Assembly (NCBI GenBank): GCA_964016885.1
Contig: OZ024742.1
Location: 320,912,001 to 320,976,000 of the forward strand
Source: Eledone cirrhosa
Lineage: Eukaryota
Reading direction: 5' to 3'
DNA: 64,000 nt
A program made the position numbers and the translations under genes. Below are positions 42,224 through 56,610 of this stretch, one piece after another (within the stretch, counting starts at the first letter, position 1; every line of letters starts with the position of its first letter). Below the pieces are notes generated by a model, which saw only the letters and a program-made list of their open reading frames with translations, was not told the origin of the DNA and made no database searches.

Positions 42224-42767
42224 ATTTCATAAATTATATTTTCATTTCGTTAACATACGATCTTTCTAGAACAGGATTTATCTGGTTCGAACAGGATCCA
42301 ACATACAAATTGGAACAAAACAAAAACTAGTTCAAGGTTTTCTAAGCACGCACGCGCGCACACACACATACACACATACACACACACGCGCGCACGCACA
42401 CACACGCGCGCGCGCACACACACGCGCGCACGCACACACACGCGCACATATACAAACATACACATCCATATACACTCAAATAAGCATATATGCACTTTTT
42501 ACAAACACCAATATGTACACACATAAACATACATAACTGCACACATGCACACACGATAATAGATCTGTTTCTTTATTCTTTCACTCTGTTATAGGCCCCA
42601 GATAATTCATAATTTTATGAATATTTGTTGAGCACTTTTGGTGAAAAATATATCTCTAAGACTAACTACATTTTCCCCTCTGTGGTACATGTGTGGTGTA
42701 CAGGGTGTATCAAATGTGTGTGTATATATATATATAGTGAGAGAGATTAGCAGATAGATATTCGTGT

Positions 42768-42840
<73 letters not shown>

Positions 42841-42885
42841 TTTGTGAGTATATATTAAATCGACTCCAGTACTGGACTGGTACTC

Positions 42886-43295
42886 AGGGTGTGCGCTCCA
42901 GCCGTGGCAACTAGGCAACCGCTTAGGGCGTAGAGAACAATTTATACAAATTTCTATAATTAACTATAATATATTATTTACTGAGATTAATAAATACTTT
43001 ACTAAACTTTTTTGCTGTGTAGTAGTGTTGTTAAAATACCCAAAGTGGTGGACAGGGCCGTATTGTGGCCTGTAACATGATTTGGTGTGGGTGAGTGTGA
43101 ACTGAGAAGTAGGAAATGGAGGTTTAGTAATTCTCTTAGTGTTGTCAAATAGAGAAGTATCAAAAATTAGTTTTGTCAACTTGCCAAATTATAAGTTGAA
43201 ATAATTTTATTTGGAAGAATGAGAGGCATAAATTGGAGAAGGACAACATATTGTAAAGCTAACCTAGGGCCCTAAATACACAGGTGCCGGCTCTG
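42886..43295. mobile_element. Degenerate hAT-like MITE
   Basis: caggg...ggcaactaggcaaccgcttagggc start and cctagggcc...gccggctctg end. Confidence 0.4.
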
Positions 43296-43989
43296 AGTTG
43301 TAGAAGAGGAAACAAAGAAGAGATTTGTGTAGCTTAATGAGTGAAAAACGATGCAACATATAATAAAATACTATGAAATATATGGTTTTTATTTAGGAAT
43401 AAGGCCAGATATTTGTGGTGGGAGGGGCTCAATTAAATCAACCCCAGTACTTGAGTTGACCTCAGTATGTAAAGAGCCGGAACAGATACCTCAAACTAGT
43501 TGGACCGACTCATTAATGATTCTGCCAAATGACTTTTGGCTGCAATAAAATGATTTATATTTTAAGAAATAGACATGAACAATGAACCACTTTAGTATTA
43601 GCCCCGACTAATCATTGTTTAGAGAAAGACAGTACTCATGATTATTTTAAGGGCCTCGAAAACTGGTGTAAGGTTGTTTTTAGTCAGAGTGAGAAAGGCA
43701 GTAGTACTCATGATCATTTTAAGGGCCTCAAAGACTGGTGGAAGGGAGGGAGGAACGAAGGTATCTGCAAACCAGTGAACTTACCTGAATCCTTATAACA
43801 AATAACGTTCCACTGAAAGCCCCCAAGAACCAAGTGGAGTTATGGTGGCACACCGGGCGATGGATTAAGTGTACCCACAATGTAAGTCACTACGTGATTT
43901 GAACTCACAATATAAAGGGCATTAATAAACAAAGCAAGGTGTCCCACGATTTCGCCAGATCACCATTCTTAACTGGTATTTTATTTATC

Positions 43990-46071
43990 GGTGGTGGTAT
44001 TAGTGGTAGTGGTGGTGGTGGTGGTGTTAGTGGTAGTGGTGGTGGTGGTGGTGGTGGTGTTAGTGGTAGTGGTGATGTTGGTGTTAATGGTAGTAGTGGT
44101 GGTGTTGGTGTTAGTGGTAGTGGTGGTGGTGGTGGTGTTAGTGGTAGTGGTGATTGTGGTGTTAGTGGTAGTGGTGGTGGTGTTAGTGGTAGTGGTGGTG
44201 GTGGTATTAGTGGTAGTGGTGGTGGTGGTGTTAGTGGTGGTGGTGTTGGTGTTAGTGGTAGTGGTGTTGATGGTGTTAGTGGTAGTGGTGATGGTGTTAG
44301 TGGTAGTGGTGGTGGTGGTATTAGTGGTAGTGGTGGTGGTGGTGTTAGTGGTGGTGGTGTTGGTGTTAGTGGTAGTGATGATGGTGTTGGTGTTAGTGGT
44401 AGTGGTGATGGTGTTGGTGTTAGTGGTAGTGGTGATGGTGTTGGTGTTAGTGGTAGTGGTGGTGATGATGGTGTTAGTGGTAGTGGTGGTGGTGGTGTTA
44501 GTGGTAGTGGTGATGGTGTTAGTGGTAGTGATGGTGTTGGTGTTAGTGGTAGTGGTGATGGTGTTGGTGTTAGTGGTAGTGGTGATGGTGTTGGTGTTAG
44601 TGGTAGTGGTGATGGTGTTGGTGTTAGTGGTAGTAGTGGTGGTGGTGTTAGTGGTAGTAGTGGTGATGATGGTGTTAGTGGTAGTGGTGGTGATGTTGGT
44701 GTTAGTGGTAGTGGTGGTGGTGGTGTTAGTGGTAGTGGTGATGGTGTTAGTGGTAGTGATGGTGATGATGGTGTTAGTGGTAGTGGTGGTGGTGGTGTTA
44801 GTGGTAGTGGTGATGGTGTTAGCGGTAGTGGTGGTGATGATGGTGTTAGTGGTAGTGGTGGTGGTGGTGTTAGTGGTAGTGGTGATGGTGTTAGTGGTAG
44901 TGATGGTGTTGGTGTTAGTGGTAGTGGTGATGGTGTTGGTGTTAGTGGTAGTGGTGATGGTGTTGGTGTTAGTGGTAGTAGTGGTGGTGGTGTTAGTGGT
45001 AGTAGTGGTGATGATGGTGTTAGTGGTAGTGGTGGTGATGTTGGTGTTAGTGGTAGTGGTGGTGGTGGTGTTAGTGGTAGTAGTAGTGATGTTGGTGTTA
45101 GAGGTAGTGGTGGTGGTGTTGGTGTTAGTGGTAGTGGTGGTGGTGGTGTTAGTGTTAGTGGTGGTGATGCTGGTGTTAGTGGTAGTGGTGGTGATGTTGG
45201 TGTTAGTGGTAGTGGTGGTGGTGTTAGTGGTAGTGGTGGTGATGGTGGTGTTAGTGGTAGTGGTGGTGGTGGTTTTGTGGTAGTGGTGTTGATGGTGGTG
45301 TTAGTGGTAGTAGTGGTGGTGTTGGTGTTAGTGGTAGTGGTGGTGATGTTGGTGTTAGTGGTAGTGGTGTTGGTGTTAGTGGTAGTGGTGGTGTTGGTGT
45401 TAGTGGTAGTGGTGGTGCAGTTAGTGGTAGTGGTAGTAGTGGTGGTGTTGGTGTTAGTGGTAGTGGTGGTGCAGTTAGTGGTAGTGGTAGTGGTGGTGAT
45501 GGTGTTGGTGTTAGTGGTAGTAGTGGTGGTGATAGTGGTGTTGGTGTTAGTGGTAGTAGTAGTAGTAGTGGTGATAGTGGTGTTAGTGGTAGTGCTGGTG
45601 TTGGTGTTAGTGGTAGTAGTGGTGGTGATAGTGGTGTTAGTGGTAGTGGTGGTGTTGGTGTTAGTGGTAGTAGTAGTGGTGATAGTGGTGTTGGTGTTAG
45701 TGGTAGTAGTAGTAGTGGTGGTGATAGTGGTGTTAGTGGTAGTGCTGGTGTTGGTGTTAGTGGTAGTAGTGGTGGTGATAGTGGTGTTGGTGTTAGTGGT
45801 AGTAGTGGTGGTGATATTGGTGTTAGTGGTAGTGGTGGTGTTGGTGTTAGTGGTAGTAGTGGTGGTGATAGTGGTGTTGGTGTTAGTGGTAGTAGTAGTA
45901 GTAGTGGTGATAGTGGTGGTAGTGGTAGTGGTGGTGTTGGTGTTAGTGGTAGTAGTGGTGGTGATAGTGGTGTTGGTGTTAGTGGTAGTAGTGGTGGTGA
46001 TAGTGGTGTTGGTGTTAGTGGTAGTAGTAGTAGTAGTGGTGATAGTGGTGGTAGTGGTAGTAGTAGTAGTC
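43990..46071. repeat. GGT/AGT/GTT compound trinucleotide satellite
   Basis: Read directly. Confidence 0.95.
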
Positions 46072-46179
46072 TAACCAGCTATCATAAATAAAGAAAAGAA
46101 AAAGAGAAAATCAAGTTACATTTTAACATTTCCTTATAATTTCGCAATCTGATATCTGTTTTTACCTAATTGCGTATAT

Positions 46180-46235
<56 letters not shown>

Positions 46236-46644
46236 TGTGTATCAGAGAGAGAGAGAGAGACAGAGACAGAGAGAGAGTGTGTGTGAGAGAGAGTGAGTGT
46301 GTGTGTGTGTGAGAGTGTGTCTGTCAGAGAGAGAGAGAGAGAGAGAGAGAGTGTGTGTGTGTGTTTGAGAGTGTGTGTGTTTGAGAGTGTGTGTGAGAGA
46401 GAGAGAGTGTGTGTGTGTGAGAGTGTGTGTGTGTGAGAGAGAGAAGTGGGAAGGATAGCAGATGGATATATATATAGATAGATAGATATAGAGAAAGAGC
46501 TTGTATGTGTGAGATGGTGTGTGAGAGAGAGAGAGAAAGGGGAGAGAGGGAGAGGAGAGAGAGGGTGGGAGATGGATATATATATATAGAGAGAGAGATA
46601 TAGAGTTTATGTGTGAGAGAGAGGGGGAGGGGGAGAGGGGGGGA

Positions 46645-47072
46645 AGAGAGAGGTTGGGGGAGATGGATATATATATATTTAGAGAGTAAGAGTTTGTGTG
46701 TATATTAATGTGTATGTGTATGTATGTGCATCTGTGTGTGTGTTTGTGTGTTTATTCAGTTTATTCTCAGGTCATTGACAAAATAGTAGACAGTGAGGTA
46801 AAAAAATACACACACTCGGGTGTATATATATATACACTCGGGTGTATATATATACACCCGAGTGCGGGTGTATATATATATATATATATATACACCCGAG
46901 TGTGTGTATTTTTTTACCTCACTGTCTACTATTTTGTCAATGACCTGAGAATAAACTGAATAAACACACAAACACACACACAGATGCACATACATACACA
47001 TACACATTAATATACACACAAACTCTTACTCTCTAAATATATATATATCCATCTCCCCCAACCTCTCTCTCC
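46645..47072. repeat. Near-perfect long inverted duplication (arms about 180 bp)
   Basis: 46645-46825 is the reverse complement of about 46888-47072; the centre has reiterated cgggtgta(TA)n tacacccgagtg. Confidence 0.9.
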
Positions 47073-47488
47073 CCCTCCCACTCTCCCCCCTCTCTCTCTT
47101 GTATATATATATATATATCGCTGCTTTCACCATTAACTATGTATGTATATATGCATTTATATGTATATATATACATACATGTGTGTGTATGTGTGCTTGT
47201 GTGTGTGCGTGCGAGCGTGTCGGGGTGGGTGGGGGGGTGGGGGGTCCGTCTTTTTAGCTTGTAGTTAGAAATGTGCAAACAAAGGTGTTGACTTAAGACG
47301 CAGTTAGGAAAATGTAAAATGTCAAATGTGTGCGTCCTAACTCAAATGACCATAATAATAGTAGAACAATATGTGAAATACCGATGGAGACGGGGAAAAG
47401 AGGTCCACGGTAACGAGGGTTAATCGAACTCTCCTCCATTTGGCTATACTGTCTCCAAGGTTACTTTATCTGATTTTATATTATTTAT

Positions 47489-47657
47489 AATTGCTTCTAG
47501 TTTTGGCACAAGGCCAGTAATTTTACAGTGTATTAGTACTTTATTTTATCGACCCCGTAAGGATGAAAGGCAAAGTTAACCTCGGTGGGATTTGGACTCA
47601 GAAGGAAAAGGGCCATAACTCTATGCTGAAAAGCATGGCCTCCTAATCCACCGCCCC
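47489..47657 (-). mobile_element. tRNA-derived SINE family 1 with TSD
   Basis: Reverse-complement SINE; ttatttataat at 47481 and 47660. Confidence 0.88.
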
Positions 47658-47840
47658 TGTTATTTATAATGCTCTATTAATGATCAACTAATATTGTGAT
47701 CATTTGCGTTGAGACGCACGCATTTCAAAATTTCAAATCTTTTTAATGCTTCTTAAGTAAACTACTTTCTGTGTATATACATATATGATATAAAACACAT
47801 GAGAGGAATGAATACTGCATGGTTGCACATGGGTTACATA

Positions 47841-47907
<67 letters not shown>

Positions 47908-48052
47908 CGTGTGTGTGTGCGCGCGCGTGCACCTGTGTGTGTGTGTGTGTGTGCGTGTGTGCATGTATCTACATAAATACGCATCTTTTGCATATATATG
48001 TGGGGGGGGGGGGCGTGCATGTGTGCGTGTCTGTATTATGTGTATATATATG

Positions 48053-48092
<40 letters not shown>

Positions 48093-48096
<4 letters not shown>

Positions 48097-48493
48097 AGTT
48101 ATGATATATTGGTAAACGGAATAGAAAATGCTGACAAATTGTTCACAGTGAAAAATAGTTTAATTAGGAATAAGTGAGAATTAGTAATAGTATTCGTTAA
48201 TATTCAGTTTTGGTTTTAAGTTTTACCGGTTGCGCATTTCTAATGCTTTTCAAAAATAATTTTGAGATAGAGTGTCCGTCGTGATGTTTGCTCAGATTAG
48301 AGCAAACATCACAGACACTCTATCTCAAAATTATTTTTGAAAAGCATTAGAAATGCGCAACCGGTAAAACTTAAAACCAAAACTGAATATTAACGAATAC
48401 TATTACTAATTCTCACTTATTCCTAATTAAACTATTTTTCACTGTGAACAATTTGTCAGCATTTTCTATTCCGTTTACCAATATATCATAACT

Positions 48494-48497
<4 letters not shown>
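48093..48497. mobile_element. Fold-back insert, family E (single arms at about 36295-36490 and 62208-62395)
   Basis: Arms of about 200 bp inverted about 48295, (TA)n on both sides. Confidence 0.8.
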
Positions 48498-48581
<84 letters not shown>

Positions 48582-48708
48582 AATCAGGAGAGAAGAGTTA
48601 CCCCGTATATATATGTATATATATACATATGTAAATACATATACACATAATATATATATATCAATACATTCATACAAACACACATCTCTCTCTATATATA
48701 TATGTTTG

Positions 48709-48748
<40 letters not shown>

Positions 48749-48899
48749 CATGGTTTGTGTGTATGTGTGTAAACATTACAGACAGATACACACACGCCCA
48801 CTCAAACTGACACAAATCTCATCAGGTGGCCATTAAGGTATATGTAGAGAATGTCTGAGATAGGGGTGTCGGTGGAGGACTGGACGGCCGCTGCTGTTC

Positions 48900-49930
48900 A
48901 TGTTGTTGGTGGTGGTGGTGGCGGTGGTGGTGGTGGTGGCGGTGTTGATGGTGGTGTTGGTGATGCTGGTGTGGTGTTGGTGATGGTGGTGGTGGTGGTG
49001 GTGGTGGTGGTGTGGTGTTGATGGTGATGCTGGTGTGGTGTTGGTGATGGTGGTGGTGGTGGTGGTGGTGGTGGTGTTGGTGATGGTGGTGTGGTGTTGA
49101 TGATGTTGGTGGTGGTGGTGGAGCTTGTGGTGGTGTTGGTGATGGTGGTGTGGTGATGGTGGTGTGGTGTTGATGATGTTGGTGGTGGTGATGGAGCTAG
49201 TGGTGGTGTTGATGATGTTGGTGTGGTGGTGGAGCTAGTGGTGGTGTTGGTGATGGTGGTGTGGTGTTGATGATGTTGGTGGTGGCGTTGGAGCTAGTGG
49301 TGGTGATGGTGGTGTGGTGTTGGTGATGGTGGTGGTGGCGTTGGAGCTAGCGGTGGTGTTGGTGATGGTGGTGTGGTGTTGATGATGTTGGTGGTGGTGA
49401 TGGAGCTTGTGGTGGTGTTGGTGATGGTGGTGTGGTGATGGTGGTGTGGTGATGGTGGTGTGGTGTTGATGATGTTGGTGGTGGTGATGGAGCTAGTGGT
49501 GGTGTTGATGATGTTGGTGTGGTGGTGGAGCTAGTGGTGGTGTTGGTGATGGTGGTGTGGTGTTGATGATGTTGGTGGTGGCGTTGGAGCTAGTGGTGGT
49601 GTTGGTGATGGTGGTGTGGTGTTGGTGATGGTGGTGGTGGCGTTGGAGCTAGCGGTGGTGTTGGTGATGGTGGTGTGGTGTTGATGATGTTGGTGTGGTG
49701 GTGGAGCTAGTGGTGGTGTTGGTGATGGTGGTGTTGGTGATGGTGGTGTGGTGATGGTGGTGTGGTGATGGTGGTGTGGTGTTGATGATGTTGGTGGTGG
49801 TGATGGAGCTAGTGGTGGTGTTGATGATGTTGGTGTGGTGGTGGAGCTAGTGGTGGTGTTGGTGATGGTGGTGTGGTGTTGATGATGTTGGTGGTGGCGT
49901 TGGAGCTAGCGGTGGTGTTGGTGATAGTGG
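48900..49930. repeat. GGT/GAT-rich compound satellite
   Basis: Read directly. Confidence 0.93.
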
Positions 49931-50656
49931 TCGTGTTGGTGGCGAGACACATCAAACAAATGTCCGGCGTAATTACGTATACACATACATACAAACACTT
50001 GTACACACACACCCACACATATACACACACATACACACATGTATCTATATAGATAAAAATATGTATAATCCAAGGTTAATATATATTTATATATATATAT
50101 GCATATATATATATATAAATATATATATATGTTTATGTGTGTGAGTGTGTATGTGTGTGTGTGTGGGGGGGGGGTTGCACGTATCCGTTCACAACTTTTA
50201 ACTCAGGCAGATTATACAAACTTATCTGCAAATGTGACGTATGCATATGTAAACATAGATATCTTTTCGCGTGTGTATATATATCTGTATATACATTTCA
50301 CAGAACTTATGTTCACTGAATTCACGGACTGGACTCCTTCTTCCTCCCGTTTGACCTGTGCAGAATTCCTTCCTTGCTCACATTTCGACTAGGTTTGATG
50401 GTCTTTATTCTCTCTCGTTCACGATTTCACCGAACTTATATTCATGGAAATCTGGGACTTGACTCTTTCTTCCTCACTTTTCGTTGCTTTACCATCTTTG
50501 TTTGTTTACAATCTCGCTCGTTCCCCTTATTTACGTGTCCCAACGACTTTCTTTAGCCGTTGCTCGTACCAACCGGAGGTATATGGTCCTTAAAGCGATG
50601 AAATACCAATGATGGTTGGAAGATCACTGATGAAGGACTAACTTTATTCATATATG

Positions 50657-50687
<31 letters not shown>

Positions 50688-50708
50688 ATATATGTGTGTG
50701 TGTATATA

Positions 50709-50749
<41 letters not shown>

Positions 50750-50750
50750 T

Positions 50751-50784
<34 letters not shown>

Positions 50785-50874
50785 CCTATATAGGAATGTA
50801 GAACTTTTCTCTCAAGAGTGTGGAATCCGTCTTCAGGAATTTCCATTCAAACTATGATAGAATCGTTGTGCGTG

Positions 50875-50906
<32 letters not shown>

Positions 50907-51025
50907 TGTATGTATGTATGTATGTATGTATGTATGTATGTATGTATGTATGTATGTATGTATGTATGTATGTATGTATATATGTATATATGTATGTATG
51001 TATGTATTCATGTATGTATGTTTCA

Positions 51026-51077
<52 letters not shown>

Positions 51078-51113
51078 TGAGATTAAAGGTTGAATGAGTG
51101 GATAAATTGGTTT

Positions 51114-51179
<66 letters not shown>

Positions 51180-51192
51180 TATAAATATATAT

Positions 51193-51247
<55 letters not shown>

Positions 51248-51484
51248 TATTTCTTTTATTTGCCACTAGGGCATCAAAAGTGGGACAAGTACAAAGGGGG
51301 GAGTTTACACAAAAAGGCGTCCTCAATAAGGAGGAGGCAATAACAAAATATAAAAATAAAATAAGATATAACAAAAAATAAAATTTTTAACAAAATCCTC
51401 AATAGAGAGGAGGCGCCTTGGGGGGTCGCACACACCCCCGAAAAAAGTGTGCAACCCTTCTCCTCAGGAGCACAGAGAAGGGGT

Positions 51485-51516
<32 letters not shown>

Positions 51517-51549
51517 TATTTCTATCCACTCAACGCTCCGATGGCTTAT

Positions 51550-51597
<48 letters not shown>

Positions 51598-51642
51598 TAT
51601 AAATACACACACAGAGACGTGCATACATACACGCACACACAT

Positions 51643-51728
<86 letters not shown>

Positions 51729-52161
51729 GCACACACACACACACGCACGCACCTGTTGATTTTCATTCCAATTTATTATAAATTTCCTGTTGGTTGGTTT
51801 ATCAACCGGATGGTTGTTTATCTATTGTCAAAACACTTTCGTCACACATTCTGTGACCTCCTGAGTGACTAATTTGTTATTTAGTGTGTCTCCCTTGTTC
51901 TTCCCTCCACTATCTTGTTTGTGTGTGTTGTGTGCTGTGTATCTGGGTTGCGCATGCGTTATATTCGGATGTGTATTTATTTATTTATACGTTTATATAC
52001 TTGTCACTAGTTGAGTTGTTTGTGTTATGTGTGTCTGGTTTGTTGTATTAGTTTGGTTTTCCTGGTCCCTGTATGTCTTTATCTTGTCCTTAATTACTAG
52101 CTGTCATGTTCTTGTTATCCCACATGTAAATATGTATGTATGTATGTGTGTACATGTGTAT

Positions 52162-52750
52162 GTGGTGGCACTCCGTCGGTTACGACGACGAATTTTCCAG
52201 TTGGTACGATCAACAGAATAGACTGCACGTGAAATTAACATGCAAGTAGTTGAGCATTCCGCAAACACGTATACCCTTAACGTAGTTCTCAGGGAGATTC
52301 AGCGTGACACAGAATGTGACAAGGCTGACCGTTTGAATTACAGGTACAACTTATTTTTGCTGGACTGGATCAACGTGAAATAAAACGTCATGTTAAAGGA
52401 CACCGCGCACCGCCGGGAATCGAACTCACGACCCTACGTGAGTCGAATACCCTAACCACAAAGCACATATGTATACATACATTTATAGCCTTAACGTAGT
52501 TCTCAGCGTGACAGTGTGACAAAGCTGTCCTTTTGAATCACAGGACTTCTCATTTTTATATTATATAACAAGTGGCTGAGTATTCCACAGAAACGTATAC
52601 CAGAGGGAGATTTCCCCAACTGAATCGATTGGAGCAACGGGAAATGAAGTGCCTTGTTTAAGGAAACAACACAACACGTCACCAGGAATCGAAATTACTG
52701 ACCTTGCGATCGTAAGCCGAACACACTAACTATTAAGTCATCTGCCTTCA
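52162..52750 (-). mobile_element. Two adjacent copies of a second tRNA-derived SINE family
   Basis: B box ggaatcgaa (reverse ttcgattcc) at about 52417 and 52685; shared ccttaacgtagttctcag...cagcgtgaca...tgtgacaa. Confidence 0.75.
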
Positions 52751-52951
52751 CACATTGACGTTGATAAACCATATATGTATATATGTTTTAGCTAAATAAA
52801 TGGCTACAGCCATGTTGAATATATAAAATTGTATTTATATAATTATGACAGTAATAATACCCCCTTGATATATTATTAAACTATACACTCACACACACAC
52901 ACGCACATATATATATATAGAGAGAGAGAGAATACATAAATAAATTTTAAT

Positions 52952-53032
<81 letters not shown>

Positions 53033-53059
53033 ATATATTTATATATATTTATATATATT

Positions 53060-53204
<145 letters not shown>

Positions 53205-54780
53205 ATATATACATATACATTCATATATATATATATATACATATATGAATGTAGATGTGTTTATGTATGTATGTTTGTATGTATGTATATACTAATGTGT
53301 GTATGTGTGTATATACAAAGTGTAGTATTTCCTGCTAAACTAGCAATTAACATACATATTCATCTAAATATTGACATACGTAAACAAACACACACAGATA
53401 CACACACAGACACACACAAACACACAAACATACACAAGGATATATATGTGAAAGTGCCTATATGTTTGTACATGTATATATATATACCTACATATACACG
53501 CTCAGATACACATACACAGATACACCTGTGTGTGTGTGTGAGTGTGTGTGCATATATACATGTGTGTGTGTGAGAGAGTGTGTGTGTGTGTGTGTGCATA
53601 TATACATGCGATGAGTGTAAAAATGTTAGTGTCTTTGTGATATTTGTCTGCGTTTGTTTCAACAAAATATTTTTATATATCATATTAAATACAAATATTA
53701 TGGTATATATTTCAGGAAGTAAATATAGATATATTTATCCTTTAATGATTGGTTGAGACAGATATATAATCTGCTCCGATGTTTCTGGATTTGTTTTACA
53801 CATATACAAAAAGAATTCAACCATGAGGAGCGAAATGAATTCATTAACTCGTCACCCAATCATTAATGATTTCTAATTTAAACACATAGCCTGCAATTTC
53901 GTGGCACTAGAGCCCTTGCCTTTGTCTTCCTTTTCCCTTTATTTTTTATTTTTATTTTACATTCCATTCTTTCTTCTGAATCTAATTTTCTTTCTTCCTT
54001 CTTCTACTAAAATGTTTTTACTAAGATGTAAATAAAACTTTACCAATAATAAAAAGAAATTGTAATTAATAGTCATTTATTGCAATACAAATCAATATGA
54101 AATGTCAACTAAGAACTCAATAAAATATTTTCAAGAGAAAACCTCACACAAAACACTGGATTACTCTGTCACCTAACACGCATTGAAAGTACCATTTCCT
54201 AGTTTCCTTCCTCCTGCCGAGAAAAACATAGAGTACACCAGTTCAAAGTATACCAATCGGCGCTGTTACCCATCTTTCAAAAAACACACGGGAAGACAGC
54301 ACCTCATTCTCTACCTTCAACCTCCTCTTCAAGTGGTATTAGAATATGATGAGGACTTGGCCCTCAAGCCTATTTGACGTGTACTTCATACAGCTTCCTT
54401 CGTCAAAGCTACCTGATAGAGGAATATCTATCTTGCTTCTCTTCTATGGGACGGTTCAATTGTCACTATAAAGTCTATAGTATAGACCCAGCTCATAGCC
54501 AGATCTATTCTACACATTATAGCAGTTGTTCGGCACAAAAACACAAGTCTGCAATACATGTACACTGAGTGAAGGCAGACAGGAAAGTTCCGTCAGTCTA
54601 TGTGCATATAGGATAGGTTCGGCTGTTGGCACCTCCGTAAGAGTAGACCTTATTTTGAACAGTTAGTGTACTCCCGTAGCACTAACAATACATTTGGTCT
54701 TTCGAGACTGCACTGCTAGCAAGGTGGCTGACGAAATAACGATAAATTTGCTGTTCCTGCTATATAATTGCGTGTATTTT

Positions 54781-54817
<37 letters not shown>

Positions 54818-55036
54818 GAACGAGTAGGACCCCGACGGCTGAGCTCAAGCCGTTTCAACGGCTAATTCTTTTAGTCCAGAATTAGCCGTCGAAACGGCTT
54901 GAGCTCAGCCGTCGGGGTCCTACTCGTTCCTATTACCCACTCTACTACCTTAAGTATTGAGTACTTTGGTGCGTTATGGTCCACCTGGTTCCTTACCACA
55001 TTTCTTCCGTTATATATATATATATAGGTGAACAGT

Positions 55037-55089
55037 GAGCTGTACTGATGAAGGGTGGTGATACCCAGAAACATTAGTGTCTGCAGTTC
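55037..55089 (+). ncRNA. Type I hammerhead ribozyme, family F
   Basis: gagctgta-CTGATGA-a-gggt-ggtgat-accc-a-GAAA-ca-ttag-tg-TC^tgcagttc. 8-bp stem I with two G-U pairs; predicted cleavage after 55081. Confidence 0.82.
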
Positions 55090-55288
55090 TGTTCGCATGT
55101 CAACATAAGAGCAAGAATGAAGTGTTCATTCTACTGACATGGCTATAAAGTTGAGGCTTATTTGCATAATTGCAAAGGAATCGAATGTTATTATTAATAT
55201 TCGAAAAACTCAGATTACATTTATTGTATTCAGCCTTATAGAGCGAAATTTTCTTTTTTATATATATTTGTATATATATATATATAAA

Positions 55289-55320
<32 letters not shown>

Positions 55321-55365
55321 GTGACGAAACATAAGTCAATTGCATGAACTCATAATCCTTTATTT

Positions 55366-55421
55366 ACTGCTATATATATTTCGACGATAGCCATTGAATG
55401 GCTATGACCTCATCAGGCAGT
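55366..55421 (-). ncRNA. Type I hammerhead ribozyme
   Basis: Minus strand: actgc-CTGATGA-ggtc-atagcca-ttcaa-tggctat-cgtc-GAAA-tatata-TA^gcagt. Confidence 0.8.
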
Positions 55422-55611
55422 TAGTCAGTTCTTAGATATGTCAGCTCTGTGTTTATGGTGTTGATGGTATCAGAGCCTTGGGACATATATATATATATAT
55501 ATATAGGAACGAGTAGGACCCCTACTCGTTCCTATTACCCACTCTACTACCGTAAGTATTGAGTACTTTGGTGCGTTATGGTCCACCTGGTTCCTTACCA
55601 CATTTCCTTCG

Positions 55612-55648
<37 letters not shown>

Positions 55649-55731
55649 AAAATGGAACGGGAACGAAACAGAGAGGCAGTACGAACAAAGGTTTATTAGT
55701 TTCACGCTCTTGAGAGTGGGGGAGGGGTGGG

Positions 55732-55765
55732 AACGACGTTTCGGGCATAAGCCCTTCTTCAGGCG
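55732..55765 (-). ncRNA. Minimal PLE-type hammerhead
   Basis: Minus strand: CTGAAGA-a-gggc-ttat-gccc-GAAA-cg-TC; stem I very weak. Confidence 0.6.
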
Positions 55766-55887
55766 AAAAGTGTGTGGGAAGAGAGTTCCAAGGGTGTGTA
55801 GAGGAGTAAGGGAGAGACATTTAGAAAAATGGGGGGGGCGAGGAAACTGAGGAAAAACGGTGGAAGGGGTACAAATAAAAATAAATA

Positions 55888-55959
<72 letters not shown>

Positions 55960-56215
55960 ATATATCAACACTACACGGATACAGAAGTATATTATATATA
56001 AACATATAAGGACACAGATTTCTAGAGCAATTGTGAACAAGACGACCATATTCTGAAACACCATTAAGATCAACGACTTTTAAACGGAAACCTGTTTTTA
56101 TTGTTGTTGGTGTTGCTGTTGTTGTTGTTGTTGTTGTTGGTATGATGATTGCCTATCTATTTATCTCTCTCCATCTCCCTCTATATATACACACACTCAC
56201 TCATACACACACACG

Positions 56216-56349
<134 letters not shown>

Positions 56350-56574
56350 TATATATATATATATATATATATATAGTAATAATAATAAATTCGAAGACTA
56401 AAATCCAAAGAGGGCTCGATAAGGATAGATATATATCAAATATATAAGAACCGTAGAGCAAATATTTATTAAAATAACAGATTAAAGTTTAAACAAAGAA
56501 TCGCTGCTTTCACCCTTAACGGGATCTTCTTTGCTTAAACTTTAATCTGTTATTTAAATAAACATATATATATG

Positions 56575-56610
<36 letters not shown>

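Noticed and set aside
43779-43825. Possible minus-strand micro-exon (ttcag ... CAG|GTAAGT)
   Set aside because: Isolated splice-like motifs, no polypyrimidine tract of note and no supporting exons; would need RNA-seq.
43939-46074. 711-aa Gly/Ser/Val-rich ORF resembling a structural protein
   Set aside because: Built from a GGT/AGT/GTT satellite, switches to poly-Val by frameshift, and starts in a SINE remnant.
54120-54780. Non-repetitive block with several short hairpins
   Set aside because: No ORF with recognisable motifs and no complete ribozyme core found by eye; left unassigned.
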